Shown here piece by piece: positions 27,543-36,890 of a stretch of DNA of 49,610 nucleotides. The stretch lies in assembly GCA_030645295.1 (NCBI GenBank), contig JAUSMG010000233.1, forward strand, positions 1 to 49,610, in the 5' to 3' direction. The notes below the pieces were generated by a model. The model had not been told where the DNA came from, did no database searches, and worked only from the letters and a program-made list of their open reading frames with translations. This DNA is from Saprospiraceae bacterium. Lineage in GTDB: Bacteria; Bacteroidota; Bacteroidia; Chitinophagales; Saprospiraceae. A program made the translations under genes and the position numbers. How positions within the stretch are numbered: the stretch's first letter is position 1; every line of letters starts with the position of its first letter.

Positions 27543-28310
27543 ATGAAACGCCTATTTTGTATCCAACTGGTTTTTTTCATCTGCGCTTCCCCTACCCTCT
27601 TCTCGCAGGTCGTAAACATTGAGGAGCAGCGCATTACCGGCACCAACGATTCCATGCATTGGTATGGCCATATGCGCGGGGGCGTGTCGCTGGCGAAGGT
27701 GCAACAACAAAGTTTGCAAGTCCATGGACAAGTCAAGGTGCAATACAAGGACGACCCGCATCTCACCCTTTTGTTGCTCAACCTGAATCTGCTGCGGGCG
27801 GGTGAACAGGATTTTGCCCGGCAGGCCTTTGCACACCTGCGTTACAACTATAAAATCAGCGAAACCTGGACCTGGGAGGCGTTTACACAAGTGCAAACCA
27901 GCCCGATTCAGTTGCTCGAACAACGCAATTTATTCGGCACGGGGGCGCGATATCGTTTGCTGAAATCAAAAGATGGCCGACAGCGTATCTATCTCGGCGC
28001 AGCCTGGCTTTGGGAGCAAAACCGCTTTACGGAACCCCTTGGGTACTCGTCCTGGCACCGTTCGAGCAACTACATTTCCACCACATTTCGGCCCAATAAA
28101 AAGATTACACTCATCCAGACCACCTACTGGCAGCCGGTGTTGGGCTTAATCCGCAATTACCGACTCAGTACGGAATGGCTGCTAAAAGTGGATCTGACCA
28201 AAAAACTGGCCTTTACTATTGATTTTGAATATGGAATTGACAAAAACCTGCCCGTAGGAGCGCCATCCGAAACCTATGCCTGGCGGAATGGGCTGAGCTG
28301 GCAATTGTGA
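27543..28310 (+). CDS. Putative outer-membrane beta-barrel protein (DUF481-like)
   Basis: Signal peptide MKRLFCIQLVFFICASPTLFSQ. The sequence shows an alternating beta-strand pattern and ends in an aromatic-rich terminus (NGLSWQL). The family call is from general resemblance only. Confidence 0.5.
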   Translation: MKRLFCIQLVFFICASPTLFSQVVNIEEQRITGTNDSMHWYGHMRGGVSLAKVQQQSLQVHGQVKVQYKDDPHLTLLLLNLNLLRAGEQDFARQAFAHLRYNYKISETWTWEAFTQVQTSPIQLLEQRNLFGTGARYRLLKSKDGRQRIYLGAAWLWEQNRFTEPLGYSSWHRSSNYISTTFRPNKKITLIQTTYWQPVLGLIRNYRLSTEWLLKVDLTKKLAFTIDFEYGIDKNLPVGAPSETYAWRNGLSWQL

Positions 28311-28380
28311 GGATTCGGGAGACTACAAGGCTTGAATCATGAAAAATGTAACATGAGTCATGCGAACCAGGAGTGAAATA

Positions 28381-28544
28381 GGTGCGTAGTCCCGATTGCA
28401 TCGGGATCTGTAGACCTTTCGTTTTCAATCAGTTAGGAGGCGCGTAGCACCGGAACAACAGGTCGCGGAGACCATGTTTCGGTGCTACGCACCTCATACT
28501 AATTTCCTCTATTTTATCTACAGACGTTTCGGTGCGATGCACCT
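28381..28544. repeat. Nested REP-like palindromic mosaic (GGTGCGTAGCACCGAAAC-type units)
   Basis: The outer unit GGTGCGTAGTCCCGATTGCATCGGGATCTGTAGA (28381-28414) faces the inverted TCTACAGACGTTTCGGTGCGATGCACC (28517-28544). The inner hairpin pairs GCGTAGCACCGGAACA (28441-28457) with TGTTTCGGTGCTACGC (28475-28492). Confidence 0.75.
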
Positions 28545-28564
28545 GGTATGCCTAAAAATACAAA

Positions 28565-30343
28565 TTAAGCGTCGGCTTTCTTCTTGGACGCACGTTTGGG
28601 CTTCTCCTCTGATACTGCTTCATCAGCAGGAGCATTAGCAGGTTCGTTCGTTGCACTGCTGGACTCCAAAGCAGCAATATCATCCGTGGCCGATTTGTGG
28701 ACCACGTCGTCAATGATGATGATGTCCTCGGTGGCTGCAACCTTAGCGGTTTCTTCTGCCGGAGCCGCTTCTTTACCGGGAGCATTGAATGACTCGTAAA
28801 TATCCCCCGCTTTCTCCTTAGCTTCGCTATAGACTTCCTTTGCTTTTGCGCTGACTTCACCCGCCATATCTTTAGCTTCGCTATAAGCATCACCGGCTTT
28901 CTCTTTGATTTCGCTCAATACTTCGCCTGCTTTTTCAGTGGCCGCACTGTACGCCACTTCCGCCTTCTCTCTGGCTTCGCTCAATACTTCGCCTGCTTTT
29001 TCAGTGGCCTCATGGTATGCCTCTTCTGCCTTATCCCTGGCTTCACTCAATACTTCGCCGGCCTTTTCAGCCGCCACACTGGCTACTGCTTTGGCAGTAT
29101 CAAGCGCATCGAGCATTACATCGCCCAGAAGGTTTGAGGCGGCCTCAAAGAGACTGTCTTCTTTTGGGGCCTGAGTTGTAGCGGCAGCGGCAGCGGCAGC
29201 CTTGGCATGGGTTTCCGCTTCAATTTCAGACTTAATGGCCGCTTTTTTGGCTTCTATCTGTTGGCGTTCAGCTTCCTTTGCCGCCATACGGGCTTCTTTC
29301 TCATGGGCGCTGTTGGCCTGACGGTGTACGTCATTGCGTGCTTTGATCAATTCTGCCAGTCTTTCGCGCTTGCCATTGGCACGTTCTTCGATCATTTTGA
29401 TTTTCGCTCCGCGGATTTGCGCTTCCAATTGGCCTTCTGAAGTATTTACCTTTTGGCGCTGGAATACGAGTTCTTCATCATCACGGAGGAGGCTTTCTTC
29501 GAGACGCTTTATGGCATCTTCGAGGCTTGAAAGGCGCTTGTCGTGGCGATCTGCGATGGAGCCGGCATTGACCTCTGGTCCGAATTTGCGCTCTTTAGCT
29601 TTCTTGAATGCAGCATCCAGTCGCTCCCAGAGTTTGTTGCGATGCTCATTGCTCATGCGCGTATGGTGGTAATCGCGCTGCATTTTTTTGAGTTCGTCAA
29701 AAACACTGTTGAATTTGCCGCCCCCGGTATTGATGCGCTCTTCGATCTCTTCGAGGGCTTTGCTAAACCCTGCGTAAACACCTTGCGAAGCAGCGTTGAA
29801 CTCTGAGTTCACGCGTTTGCGCGCTTCCTTCATCTGCTCGAAAAGGGCATTTATGCCATCGCGCAGTTCGTCGGCATGATGACGGAATAAGTTGCGTTCA
29901 CGGCTTTGATTCTGAACCTTATCCCAAAAAGACCTGAGATTGGTGAAAATTTTGTTGTCATAAGTTGACAGCGTTTCAACTTTCTCTTTAAACTCCGCCA
30001 ATTCCTGTAGGTAGGCGGCGTAAAGTTTTGCAGAAAGTACCGCGAAATGCCATTCCGTTTGTGCACGTTGCACGAGGTCAGCGCGGTCCGCTTTGATGGT
30101 TTCAGGCAACAGGCCTTCCGTTACGCTGAGTTCACGTTCGGTGGTTTGAACACCCTCGGGGAAAGTAACCTCTTCATTGCCTTCGCGCCATTCGTGCATC
30201 ATTTTTTGCACAAACTCTTCATCAACAATGGATTCCGGAAAGGTGTGCAGCAGTACTATACTGGTTTCTGCTTGCAGTTCGAGCGCGATCAGGATTTTCT
30301 CGCTTTCGGCATTAGTGCCCCAAATGACTAACTTGTTCTTCAT
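28565..30343 (-). CDS. Hypothetical coiled-coil protein with C-terminal 22-aa amphipathic repeats
   Basis: 592 aa, immediately downstream of asd on the same strand. It has a long charged helical middle section. The C-terminal repeats ATEKAGEVLSEAREKAE.AY are encoded by 66-nt units at 28911, 28977 and 29043. Confidence 0.7.
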   Translation of the reverse strand: MKNKLVIWGTNAESEKILIALELQAETSIVLLHTFPESIVDEEFVQKMMHEWREGNEEVTFPEGVQTTERELSVTEGLLPETIKADRADLVQRAQTEWHFAVLSAKLYAAYLQELAEFKEKVETLSTYDNKIFTNLRSFWDKVQNQSRERNLFRHHADELRDGINALFEQMKEARKRVNSEFNAASQGVYAGFSKALEEIEERINTGGGKFNSVFDELKKMQRDYHHTRMSNEHRNKLWERLDAAFKKAKERKFGPEVNAGSIADRHDKRLSSLEDAIKRLEESLLRDDEELVFQRQKVNTSEGQLEAQIRGAKIKMIEERANGKRERLAELIKARNDVHRQANSAHEKEARMAAKEAERQQIEAKKAAIKSEIEAETHAKAAAAAAATTQAPKEDSLFEAASNLLGDVMLDALDTAKAVASVAAEKAGEVLSEARDKAEEAYHEATEKAGEVLSEAREKAEVAYSAATEKAGEVLSEIKEKAGDAYSEAKDMAGEVSAKAKEVYSEAKEKAGDIYESFNAPGKEAAPAEETAKVAATEDIIIIDDVVHKSATDDIAALESSSATNEPANAPADEAVSEEKPKRASKKKADA

Positions 30344-30407
30344 AAATCTACGATTGTCGGTACGCTGGTGACTGTTGACTATTGACTGTTGACCGTCAGC
30401 CGCAAAA

Positions 30408-31430
30408 TTAGGCTGTTGTCGTCGCTTTTTTCACTTTCAATTTCAAAATCCCCACGGAAAGCAAGTATTCGGCAATTTGAATGGCATTTGTTGCGGCGCC
30501 TTTGCGAAGATTATCACTTACCACCCACATATTCAGGGTATTGGGCTGGGTTTCGTCGCGACGGATCCGGCCCACAAATACCTCATCTTTATCGTGCGCC
30601 ATCAATGGCATCGGGTATTGCAATTCGGCGGGGTTATCAATGACCGCTACGCCCGGGGCTTTTTCGAGCAGACTACGCACATCGGCCAGGTTAAAATCAC
30701 GCTCAAATTCGACGTTCACCGACTCGGAGTGACCGCCAATGACGGGTACACGAACGGTGGTCGCCGTGACACGAATATTGTCGTCGCCCATGATTTTCAT
30801 GGTCTCGTTCACCATTTTCATTTCCTCCTTGGTGTAGCCATTCTCCGTAAACACGTCGATATGCGGCAGCACGTTCAGGTCGATCTGATAAGGATAAGCC
30901 CGGACGCCTGTTTTGCCCTTGCGTTCATTCATCAGTTGTTCCACGGCTTTCACACCCGTACCGGTCACGGACTGGTAAGTGCTTACCACGATGCGTTTTA
31001 TACCATATTTATCGTGTAAAGGCTTAAGTGCCACCACCATTTGGATGGTAGAGCAGTTTGGATTGGCAATGATCTTGTCCTTTTTAGTCAGGACATTGGC
31101 ATTCACTTCCGGCACGATGAGTTTTTTTTCGGGATCCATCCGCCAGGCCGATGAATTGTCAATTACAATGGTGCCCCGGTCAGCAAAGCGCGGCGCCCAT
31201 TCTTTCGAAACACTGCCTCCTGCGGAAAAAATGGCTACATCCGGCTTTTTTCCCACCGCTGCATCCATGCTGATTATTTTATGTCGTTTGCCCCGGAACT
31301 TGACGGTCTTGCCCACCGAACGCTCAGAAGCTACGGGGAAAAGTTTCGTTATAGGGAAGTTGCGTTCTTCCAGAATTTGCAACATTTTGGAACCAACCAA
31401 TCCGGTGGCGCCGACTACAGCTACTTTCAT
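30408..31430 (-). CDS. asd: Aspartate-semialdehyde dehydrogenase
   Basis: The N-terminal Rossmann motif MKVAVVGATGLVG and active-site NCSTIQMVVALKPL are present, and the STYQSVTGTG motif follows. Confidence 0.92.
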   Translation of the reverse strand: MKVAVVGATGLVGSKMLQILEERNFPITKLFPVASERSVGKTVKFRGKRHKIISMDAAVGKKPDVAIFSAGGSVSKEWAPRFADRGTIVIDNSSAWRMDPEKKLIVPEVNANVLTKKDKIIANPNCSTIQMVVALKPLHDKYGIKRIVVSTYQSVTGTGVKAVEQLMNERKGKTGVRAYPYQIDLNVLPHIDVFTENGYTKEEMKMVNETMKIMGDDNIRVTATTVRVPVIGGHSESVNVEFERDFNLADVRSLLEKAPGVAVIDNPAELQYPMPLMAHDKDEVFVGRIRRDETQPNTLNMWVVSDNLRKGAATNAIQIAEYLLSVGILKLKVKKATTTA

Positions 31431-31506
31431 TGCTATTGTTTATTTGTTTGCGTGGTGAAGTGCTTGTCCACCAAAATTTTAACGAAAGGGGAGAGGTTTG
31501 GAGCCG

Positions 31507-31514
31507 CAAAGGTA
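31507..31514 (-). promoter_or_regulatory. Candidate -7 box TACCTTTG (minus strand) upstream of asd
   Basis: Plus-strand CAAAGGTA at 31507-31514 is the reverse complement of TACCTTTG, about 77 nt upstream of the asd start. Confidence 0.35.
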
Positions 31515-31674
31515 GAAAACTCGCCAAAACCATTGCCAAACAGTGTTTGATTAACAAATGAGCCGGACCTTGTTGGAAAAGTGCCGCTTCATTACGTCCT
31601 TCGCTCTGACAAATTCCTCTTTGCATCCGCTCCATGTCTGCCGCCAGGCTTGTAGGTTCGAGGTCTCCATAGTT

Positions 31675-32913
31675 ATGAATTCAAAAACCGGTTTATTCGT
31701 TTTGCTTGCCCTTTGGATGGCGCCTTTGTTTGGCTGCGCACAAAGTGGCTTTTCGTTCCCGAAAGGAACGAAGCAAGTCGAAATTCCCTTTGAATACATC
31801 AATAATTTTATCATATTAAATGTTTCGTTCAATGGCCCGCTGCCATTAAGATTCATCTTTGATACCGGCGCTGAACACACTATTTTGTCAAAACGTGAGA
31901 TCAGCGATTTTCTTCAAGTCCGGTATGACCGCGAGTTTCGTGTAAAAGGATCGGACCTCAAAACCGAACTGGTGGCCTATCTGGCCCGAAATATCCGGCT
32001 ACAACTGCTGGGGAAGGAAATTATCGCGCCCGCAGAGGATATTCTGGTTTTAAAAGAAGATTATTTCCGATTCGAAGAATACGCAGGCATAGAGGTCCAC
32101 GGCATACTGGCCGGGCATGTTTTTTCGCGGTACCTGTTGAAGATCAATTACCAGCGAAAAGTGATCACGCTGTACGAGCGGGGATCGTATAATCTGCCTA
32201 AGGAGGGTTTTGAGCCCGTGCCGCTTGAATTATTTCGCAACAAACTATATCTGAATGCACCGGCGCAACTTCGCCCCGATTCTACTGCGCCCGTGAAACT
32301 TTTACTTGACACGGGGGCTGGCATGCCGCTCATGCTTTTCACCAACACCCACCCGCTTATTCAGCCTTCGCCCAACGCAATTCCCACCAATATTGGCATG
32401 GGACTGGGTGGGTATCTGGAAGGATTTGTGGGACGAATACCGGGGCTGGACCTGGCAATGTTTGTTCAAAAAAACGTTCTCACCTACTTCCAATCCGTGG
32501 ATACAAGCCAGGAACTGAGTTACTTAAATGGTCGCAATGGGCTGATTGGCAACACTATATTGAACCGTTTTCAAATAGTGATCGATTACCATGGGTCAAC
32601 GCTTTGGCTCAAACCAACCAAACATTATCAGGAAGAATTCGTGTATGATCGCAGTGGACTAAACCTGATCGCTTCGGGGACCAACCTCAATTATTTTTCA
32701 GTGCTCAATGTGTTGCCGGGCTCTCCCGCCGACGAAGCGGGCATCCACGCTGGCGACCGGATCATGCGCATAGGCTGGCTGGCTGCAAATCTGCGGACCT
32801 TGGCCGATCTTCAGTCCATCCTCCAGAAAAAACCCGGCAAGCAGGTCAAGATTGTCATCAAAAGGGATGGTAAAATTTATAAAAAACGGATCTTATTGCG
32901 GGATTTGATTTGA
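31675..32913 (+). CDS. Secreted retropepsin-like aspartyl protease with a C-terminal PDZ domain
   Basis: Signal peptide MNSKTGLFVLLALWMAPLFGCAQ. Two DTGA motifs (FIFDTGAEHTIL, LLLDTGAGMPLML). PDZ-like LPGSPADEAGIHAGDRIMRIG. Confidence 0.75.
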   Translation: MNSKTGLFVLLALWMAPLFGCAQSGFSFPKGTKQVEIPFEYINNFIILNVSFNGPLPLRFIFDTGAEHTILSKREISDFLQVRYDREFRVKGSDLKTELVAYLARNIRLQLLGKEIIAPAEDILVLKEDYFRFEEYAGIEVHGILAGHVFSRYLLKINYQRKVITLYERGSYNLPKEGFEPVPLELFRNKLYLNAPAQLRPDSTAPVKLLLDTGAGMPLMLFTNTHPLIQPSPNAIPTNIGMGLGGYLEGFVGRIPGLDLAMFVQKNVLTYFQSVDTSQELSYLNGRNGLIGNTILNRFQIVIDYHGSTLWLKPTKHYQEEFVYDRSGLNLIASGTNLNYFSVLNVLPGSPADEAGIHAGDRIMRIGWLAANLRTLADLQSILQKKPGKQVKIVIKRDGKIYKKRILLRDLI

Positions 32914-33170
32914 GGGAAAATGAAAGACTTGCGATATTTGACTGCAAATACAAGATGAATGTGGAGTTGTGTGTAGGTGTTGGCCATGATTGTTTTCAGA
33001 TACCGTCCCGCCGGGACAGGACAAAATCTTTGGCTGTTGTCTCATGGCAGACAGATATCCATGAAAATCCACGCTTTTCATCCGGGATCCCACCAACTCT
33101 TCGCTACCTTTCGCTCTGCAACAACCTGGCTGCAAAAATGCCTTAAACCCAAAACACTCAAACCTGATCC

Positions 33171-34625
33171 ATGCACATTGTAATCCTCGGCAACGGCATC
33201 AGCGGCGTAACCTGTGCCCGCTTCCTCCGCAAACTCAGCGACCACGATATCACCATCGTCTCCGATGAATCGGATGAGTTTTTTAGCCGTACCGCCCTTA
33301 TGTATGTCTACATGGGGCACATGCGATTGCGCGATACGATGCCCTATGAACCCTGGTTTTGGGAGAAAAACCGCATCCAACGGGTTCGCGCGCGCGTGGA
33401 ACGCATTGATTTCCAGCAGAAAAAACTGTTAAGTACGGAGGGCAATTCCATTGGCTATGATAAACTTGTGATCGCCCTCGGCTCCCAGTCCAACAAATTT
33501 GGCTGGCCTGGTCAGGACCTCGATGGTGTGCATGGCTTATATCATTTACAGGATCTGGAAGCAATGGAACGACACTCCGCCGGGCTTTCCGCAGATAAAG
33601 CAGGGGGAAGGGCTGCGATCGTGGGTGGCGGACTGATCGGGATCGAAATGGCGGAAATGTTTCATTCCCGGAAGATTCCGGTTACTTTTTTGGTGCGGGA
33701 GAAGGCATTTTGGAACAATATTTTGCCCGAAGAAGAAGCCGAGATGGTGACCCGACATATCAAGGAACATCACATCGATCTTCGCTTGGAAACGGAATTG
33801 AAAGAAATTCTGTCCTACAATGCCCTTCCGGAAGGAAAAGGGACGTGCGCAGCCATCGTAACGAACAAAGGCGAAACCATCCCCTGCGGCTTTGTTGGCC
33901 TCACCGTAGGAGTAAGCCCGAACATCGGTTTTTTAAAAAACACCGCCTTGGAAACCAATAAGGGGGTACTCGTAGATGAGCATTTACAAACCAACCTACC
34001 CGATGTATTCGCCATCGGAGATTGTGCCGAACTGCGGGAGCCTCAAAATGGCCGCCGCAGCATCGAGGCCATCTGGTATACAGGCCGAATGATGGGCGAA
34101 ACGGCCGCTTACAATTTAATTGCGGATTTGGAACCCCAAGCTCAGCGCTCAATCGCCAATCGTCCCACCTTCGGCAAGCCTATGGCGGGTAAAAAATCGA
34201 AAATCGAAAATCGAAAATCTTACCGCCCCGGCATCTGGTTCAACTCCGCCAAGTTTTTCGACATTGAATATCAGGTTTACGGCGATATCCGGACACAAGT
34301 TCCTGATATTCAGTCTACGCTGTATTGGGAGCACCCCAATGGCAAAAAAAGTATCCGCATAAATTATGAACACGAATCAGGCAAAGTGGTCGGCTTCAAC
34401 CTCATGGGGGTCCGTTACCGCCACGAGGTTTGTACGCAATGGATCCAGGAAGGCGCACCTATTGAGACCGTATTACAACAGCTCGGACTGGCCAATTTCG
34501 ATCCCGAGTTTTCGACACAATACGAGGCAGAAATCGTAGCGATTTACAATCGCCAAACCGGCAAAAACCTGATACTCAAGCAAAGACGCGGGCTATCCGC
34601 AGTATTGGAGTTTCTGACCCATTGA
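33171..34625 (+). CDS. NAD(P)/FAD-dependent oxidoreductase (pyridine nucleotide-disulfide oxidoreductase family)
   Basis: Dinucleotide folds IVILGNGISG and AIVGGGLIGIEMAE, plus AIGDCAE. It contains an in-frame (GAAAATC)n word array at 34192-34219. Confidence 0.8.
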   Translation: MHIVILGNGISGVTCARFLRKLSDHDITIVSDESDEFFSRTALMYVYMGHMRLRDTMPYEPWFWEKNRIQRVRARVERIDFQQKKLLSTEGNSIGYDKLVIALGSQSNKFGWPGQDLDGVHGLYHLQDLEAMERHSAGLSADKAGGRAAIVGGGLIGIEMAEMFHSRKIPVTFLVREKAFWNNILPEEEAEMVTRHIKEHHIDLRLETELKEILSYNALPEGKGTCAAIVTNKGETIPCGFVGLTVGVSPNIGFLKNTALETNKGVLVDEHLQTNLPDVFAIGDCAELREPQNGRRSIEAIWYTGRMMGETAAYNLIADLEPQAQRSIANRPTFGKPMAGKKSKIENRKSYRPGIWFNSAKFFDIEYQVYGDIRTQVPDIQSTLYWEHPNGKKSIRINYEHESGKVVGFNLMGVRYRHEVCTQWIQEGAPIETVLQQLGLANFDPEFSTQYEAEIVAIYNRQTGKNLILKQRRGLSAVLEFLTH

Positions 34626-34693
34626 CCACATTTTTAACCGCCATAGCATCTCGCCACTGTCAAAGACTAAGGCGAGGATAAGCGTAGGCGGGG

Positions 34694-34736
34694 TCACATT
34701 GATCACATTGACCACATTAATTACATTGACCACATT
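34694..34736 (+). repeat. Tandem 9-nt word array (T/C)CACATTGA x5 between the oxidoreductase and polyferredoxin genes
   Basis: TCACATTGATCACATTGACCACATTAATTACATTGACCACATT. A further copy of the word (CCATTGACCACATT) spans the stop codon of the upstream gene at about 34617-34633. Confidence 0.75.
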
Positions 34737-34739
34737 TCA

Positions 34740-36086
34740 ATGAAAAGCCTCTCCCTCGCCACCCCCAACCCAATGCTTACCACACCCGTTCAAAAACTGG
34801 GTCTGGCATTGCTGGCTACTTCGGTGTTCTATATATTGTACGAAGGGCTGCGACTCAAGAGCTTGCCGGCGGAACCGCTGACCCTTTTGGCTTTTTTCGT
34901 TTTGATCACCGGACTTTGGCTTTTTCTGCGCGATGAGCGGATAGATTTCAGTAAAAACACCAATTCGCTGGCAGTATGGATGCGCAGCCTTTCGGCCAGA
35001 GGGATCTGGGGCTGGCTGGTCGGCATAGTGTTGACCGAGTTTTATGTCTGCCTGTATTGGGTACCACAGTATATGGCGGGAATGATTCAGTTGTTTGATC
35101 CATTCAGTCAGGTTTTTCGGCATAAACCAGCAGACCAGTGGTTTGTGTATGGCGCGTTTTATACCTTTTTTGTGCTCGTGATGGGCGTTCGGTTTATATT
35201 TAAATATCGACACAGTCGGTATCATTTGGTGCGCACGATATCGGTAATGTTCTTTCAATTGGGCTTTTCCTTCCTGATCCCGGGGCTTCTATTGCGTTTA
35301 CAAGAACCTGAATTGTACTTCACCTATTTCTGGCCGCTTGCCTATAGCAATGCTACGCCCGACACCTGGAGCTGGCAATCTCAGACTTCCATTGGCGCCT
35401 GGTTTTTCTTTTTTGGACTGGCGATGTTCTTTGTCGGCACGCCCATTTTGACCTATTTTTTTGGAAAACGATGGTACTGTTCCTGGGTCTGTGGCTGCGG
35501 CGGCCTGGCTGAAACTGCGGGCGATCCATTTCGGCATTTATCGGATAAATCCTTGAAAGCCTGGAAGATAGAGCGCTGGATGATACACTCCGTGCTCGTT
35601 TTTGTGGTGGCCATGACGGCATTACTTTGGATCAATGTGGTGACGGGTCGCGGTTTGCTCGGCAGTGCTTCAGAGGGCTTCTACAAAACCTATTCTTTTC
35701 TCATTGGCGCTGCATTCAGCGGGGTTGTAGGGGTTGGCTTTTATCCATTGATGGGCAGCCGCGTATGGTGTCGCTTTGGGTGCCCAATGGCAGCATGGCT
35801 GGGATTATGGCAAAAGAAAGCCTCGAAATTCCGAATTACCAGCAATGGCGGACAGTGCATTAGTTGCGGCAATTGCTCCACCCACTGTGAAATGGGGATC
35901 GATGTACGGGCTTACGCCCAACAGGGCCAGGATGTGGTGCGATCCAGTTGTGTGGGATGCGGCATTTGCGCTACGGTTTGTCCACGCGGAGTGCTTCGGC
36001 TGGAAGGCTCGGACAAGGATATTCCAGAGCGGACCACGCAAAAGCGGACGGTTCATATAAAATTGGAGGATGTGAAAATGTTGTAA
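34740..36086 (+). CDS. Integral-membrane 4Fe-4S polyferredoxin (NapH/MauN-like)
   Basis: Multiple TM helices. Cys motifs are CSWVCGCGG, CRFGCPMAA, CISCGNCSTHC and CVGCGICATVCP. Confidence 0.8.
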   Translation: MKSLSLATPNPMLTTPVQKLGLALLATSVFYILYEGLRLKSLPAEPLTLLAFFVLITGLWLFLRDERIDFSKNTNSLAVWMRSLSARGIWGWLVGIVLTEFYVCLYWVPQYMAGMIQLFDPFSQVFRHKPADQWFVYGAFYTFFVLVMGVRFIFKYRHSRYHLVRTISVMFFQLGFSFLIPGLLLRLQEPELYFTYFWPLAYSNATPDTWSWQSQTSIGAWFFFFGLAMFFVGTPILTYFFGKRWYCSWVCGCGGLAETAGDPFRHLSDKSLKAWKIERWMIHSVLVFVVAMTALLWINVVTGRGLLGSASEGFYKTYSFLIGAAFSGVVGVGFYPLMGSRVWCRFGCPMAAWLGLWQKKASKFRITSNGGQCISCGNCSTHCEMGIDVRAYAQQGQDVVRSSCVGCGICATVCPRGVLRLEGSDKDIPERTTQKRTVHIKLEDVKML

Positions 36087-36115
36087 TACATTAGCGGCCT
36101 AAAACGCTATTAACC

Positions 36116-36781
36116 ATGGGCATCGCAATTCTTGTCGGCATCATTTTCGGCGCAGGATTCCTCGGAGGAACCGCCAATTACTACATGGATCAGGCCAACG
36201 GGGCTGGTTTCCGAAAATCCATCCTGCTGGGCATAACAGCCTCCGCTGCTGTGCCGCTCTTTCTGAAAACCGTTTCCAGCAATTTAATGGGAGATTGTTT
36301 GAAAGGAGATGATCCGTCCCTTTACCTCGTTTTCTTTGGGTTTTGCACCATTGCTGCCTTGTTTTCTTCCAAATTCCTCCAATCGCTGGCAGATAAACTC
36401 CTCCAGGAAGTAAAGGAAGTGAAGCAAAAACAAGAAGAACTTGCCGAGACGACCGACGTGCTGGTTGCGCAAAACTCCGACCCTTCCGATAACCCGGCCC
36501 CTTCGGTTGCGCTTCCTGGAAGCGAGGACAGCGAATTTGAATCCTTTAGGTCTGGTGACACTACCAAGTCCGCCACGGCCCCTGCATTGACAGAAGAACA
36601 GCGTATATTGGCCTTGCTTCAAAGCTCCAGATTCGCTTTCCGCACCGTGGAGGGCGTTGCAAAAGATACTGGATTGGACCTGGGGACGGTTCAGAGCAAA
36701 CTATTGGAATTGGAAATTCAGGGCAAAGTCAAGAAAACCAAACGTGCCCGCGACGGTGTCATGTTGTGGTCTTCGAAATAG
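36116..36781 (+). CDS. Hypothetical protein: N-terminal 3-TM module, coiled-coil/disordered linker, C-terminal winged-helix-like domain
   Basis: 221 aa. The TM segments are IAILVGIIFGAGFLGG, ILLGITASAAVPLFL and LVFFGFCTIAALF. The C-terminus LTEEQRILALLQSSRFAFRTVEGVAKDTGLDLGTVQSKLLELEIQGKV resembles a wHTH. Confidence 0.6.
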   Translation: MGIAILVGIIFGAGFLGGTANYYMDQANGAGFRKSILLGITASAAVPLFLKTVSSNLMGDCLKGDDPSLYLVFFGFCTIAALFSSKFLQSLADKLLQEVKEVKQKQEELAETTDVLVAQNSDPSDNPAPSVALPGSEDSEFESFRSGDTTKSATAPALTEEQRILALLQSSRFAFRTVEGVAKDTGLDLGTVQSKLLELEIQGKVKKTKRARDGVMLWSSK

Positions 36782-36814
36782 ACTCCATTTTGTGCAGACT
36801 TTTTTCAGAACTCC

Positions 36815-36847
36815 TTTGGAAATTAGGAGTACTATTTTCTACCTTTG
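36815..36847 (+). promoter_or_regulatory. Candidate promoter for rplY (-33 TTTG, -7 TACCTTTG)
   Basis: TTTG at 36815-36818 and TACCTTTG at 36840-36847 with 21-nt spacing. Confidence 0.5.
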
Positions 36848-36890
36848 CGGGCATTTTTGAAAGAAGTATCACTTTATAGAGCACAACACA

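Noticed and set aside
32910-33146. 78-aa and 68-aa ORFs between the protease and oxidoreductase genes
   Set aside because: They are short, overlap in different frames, and show no motifs or promoter box. I left the region as an intergenic spacer.
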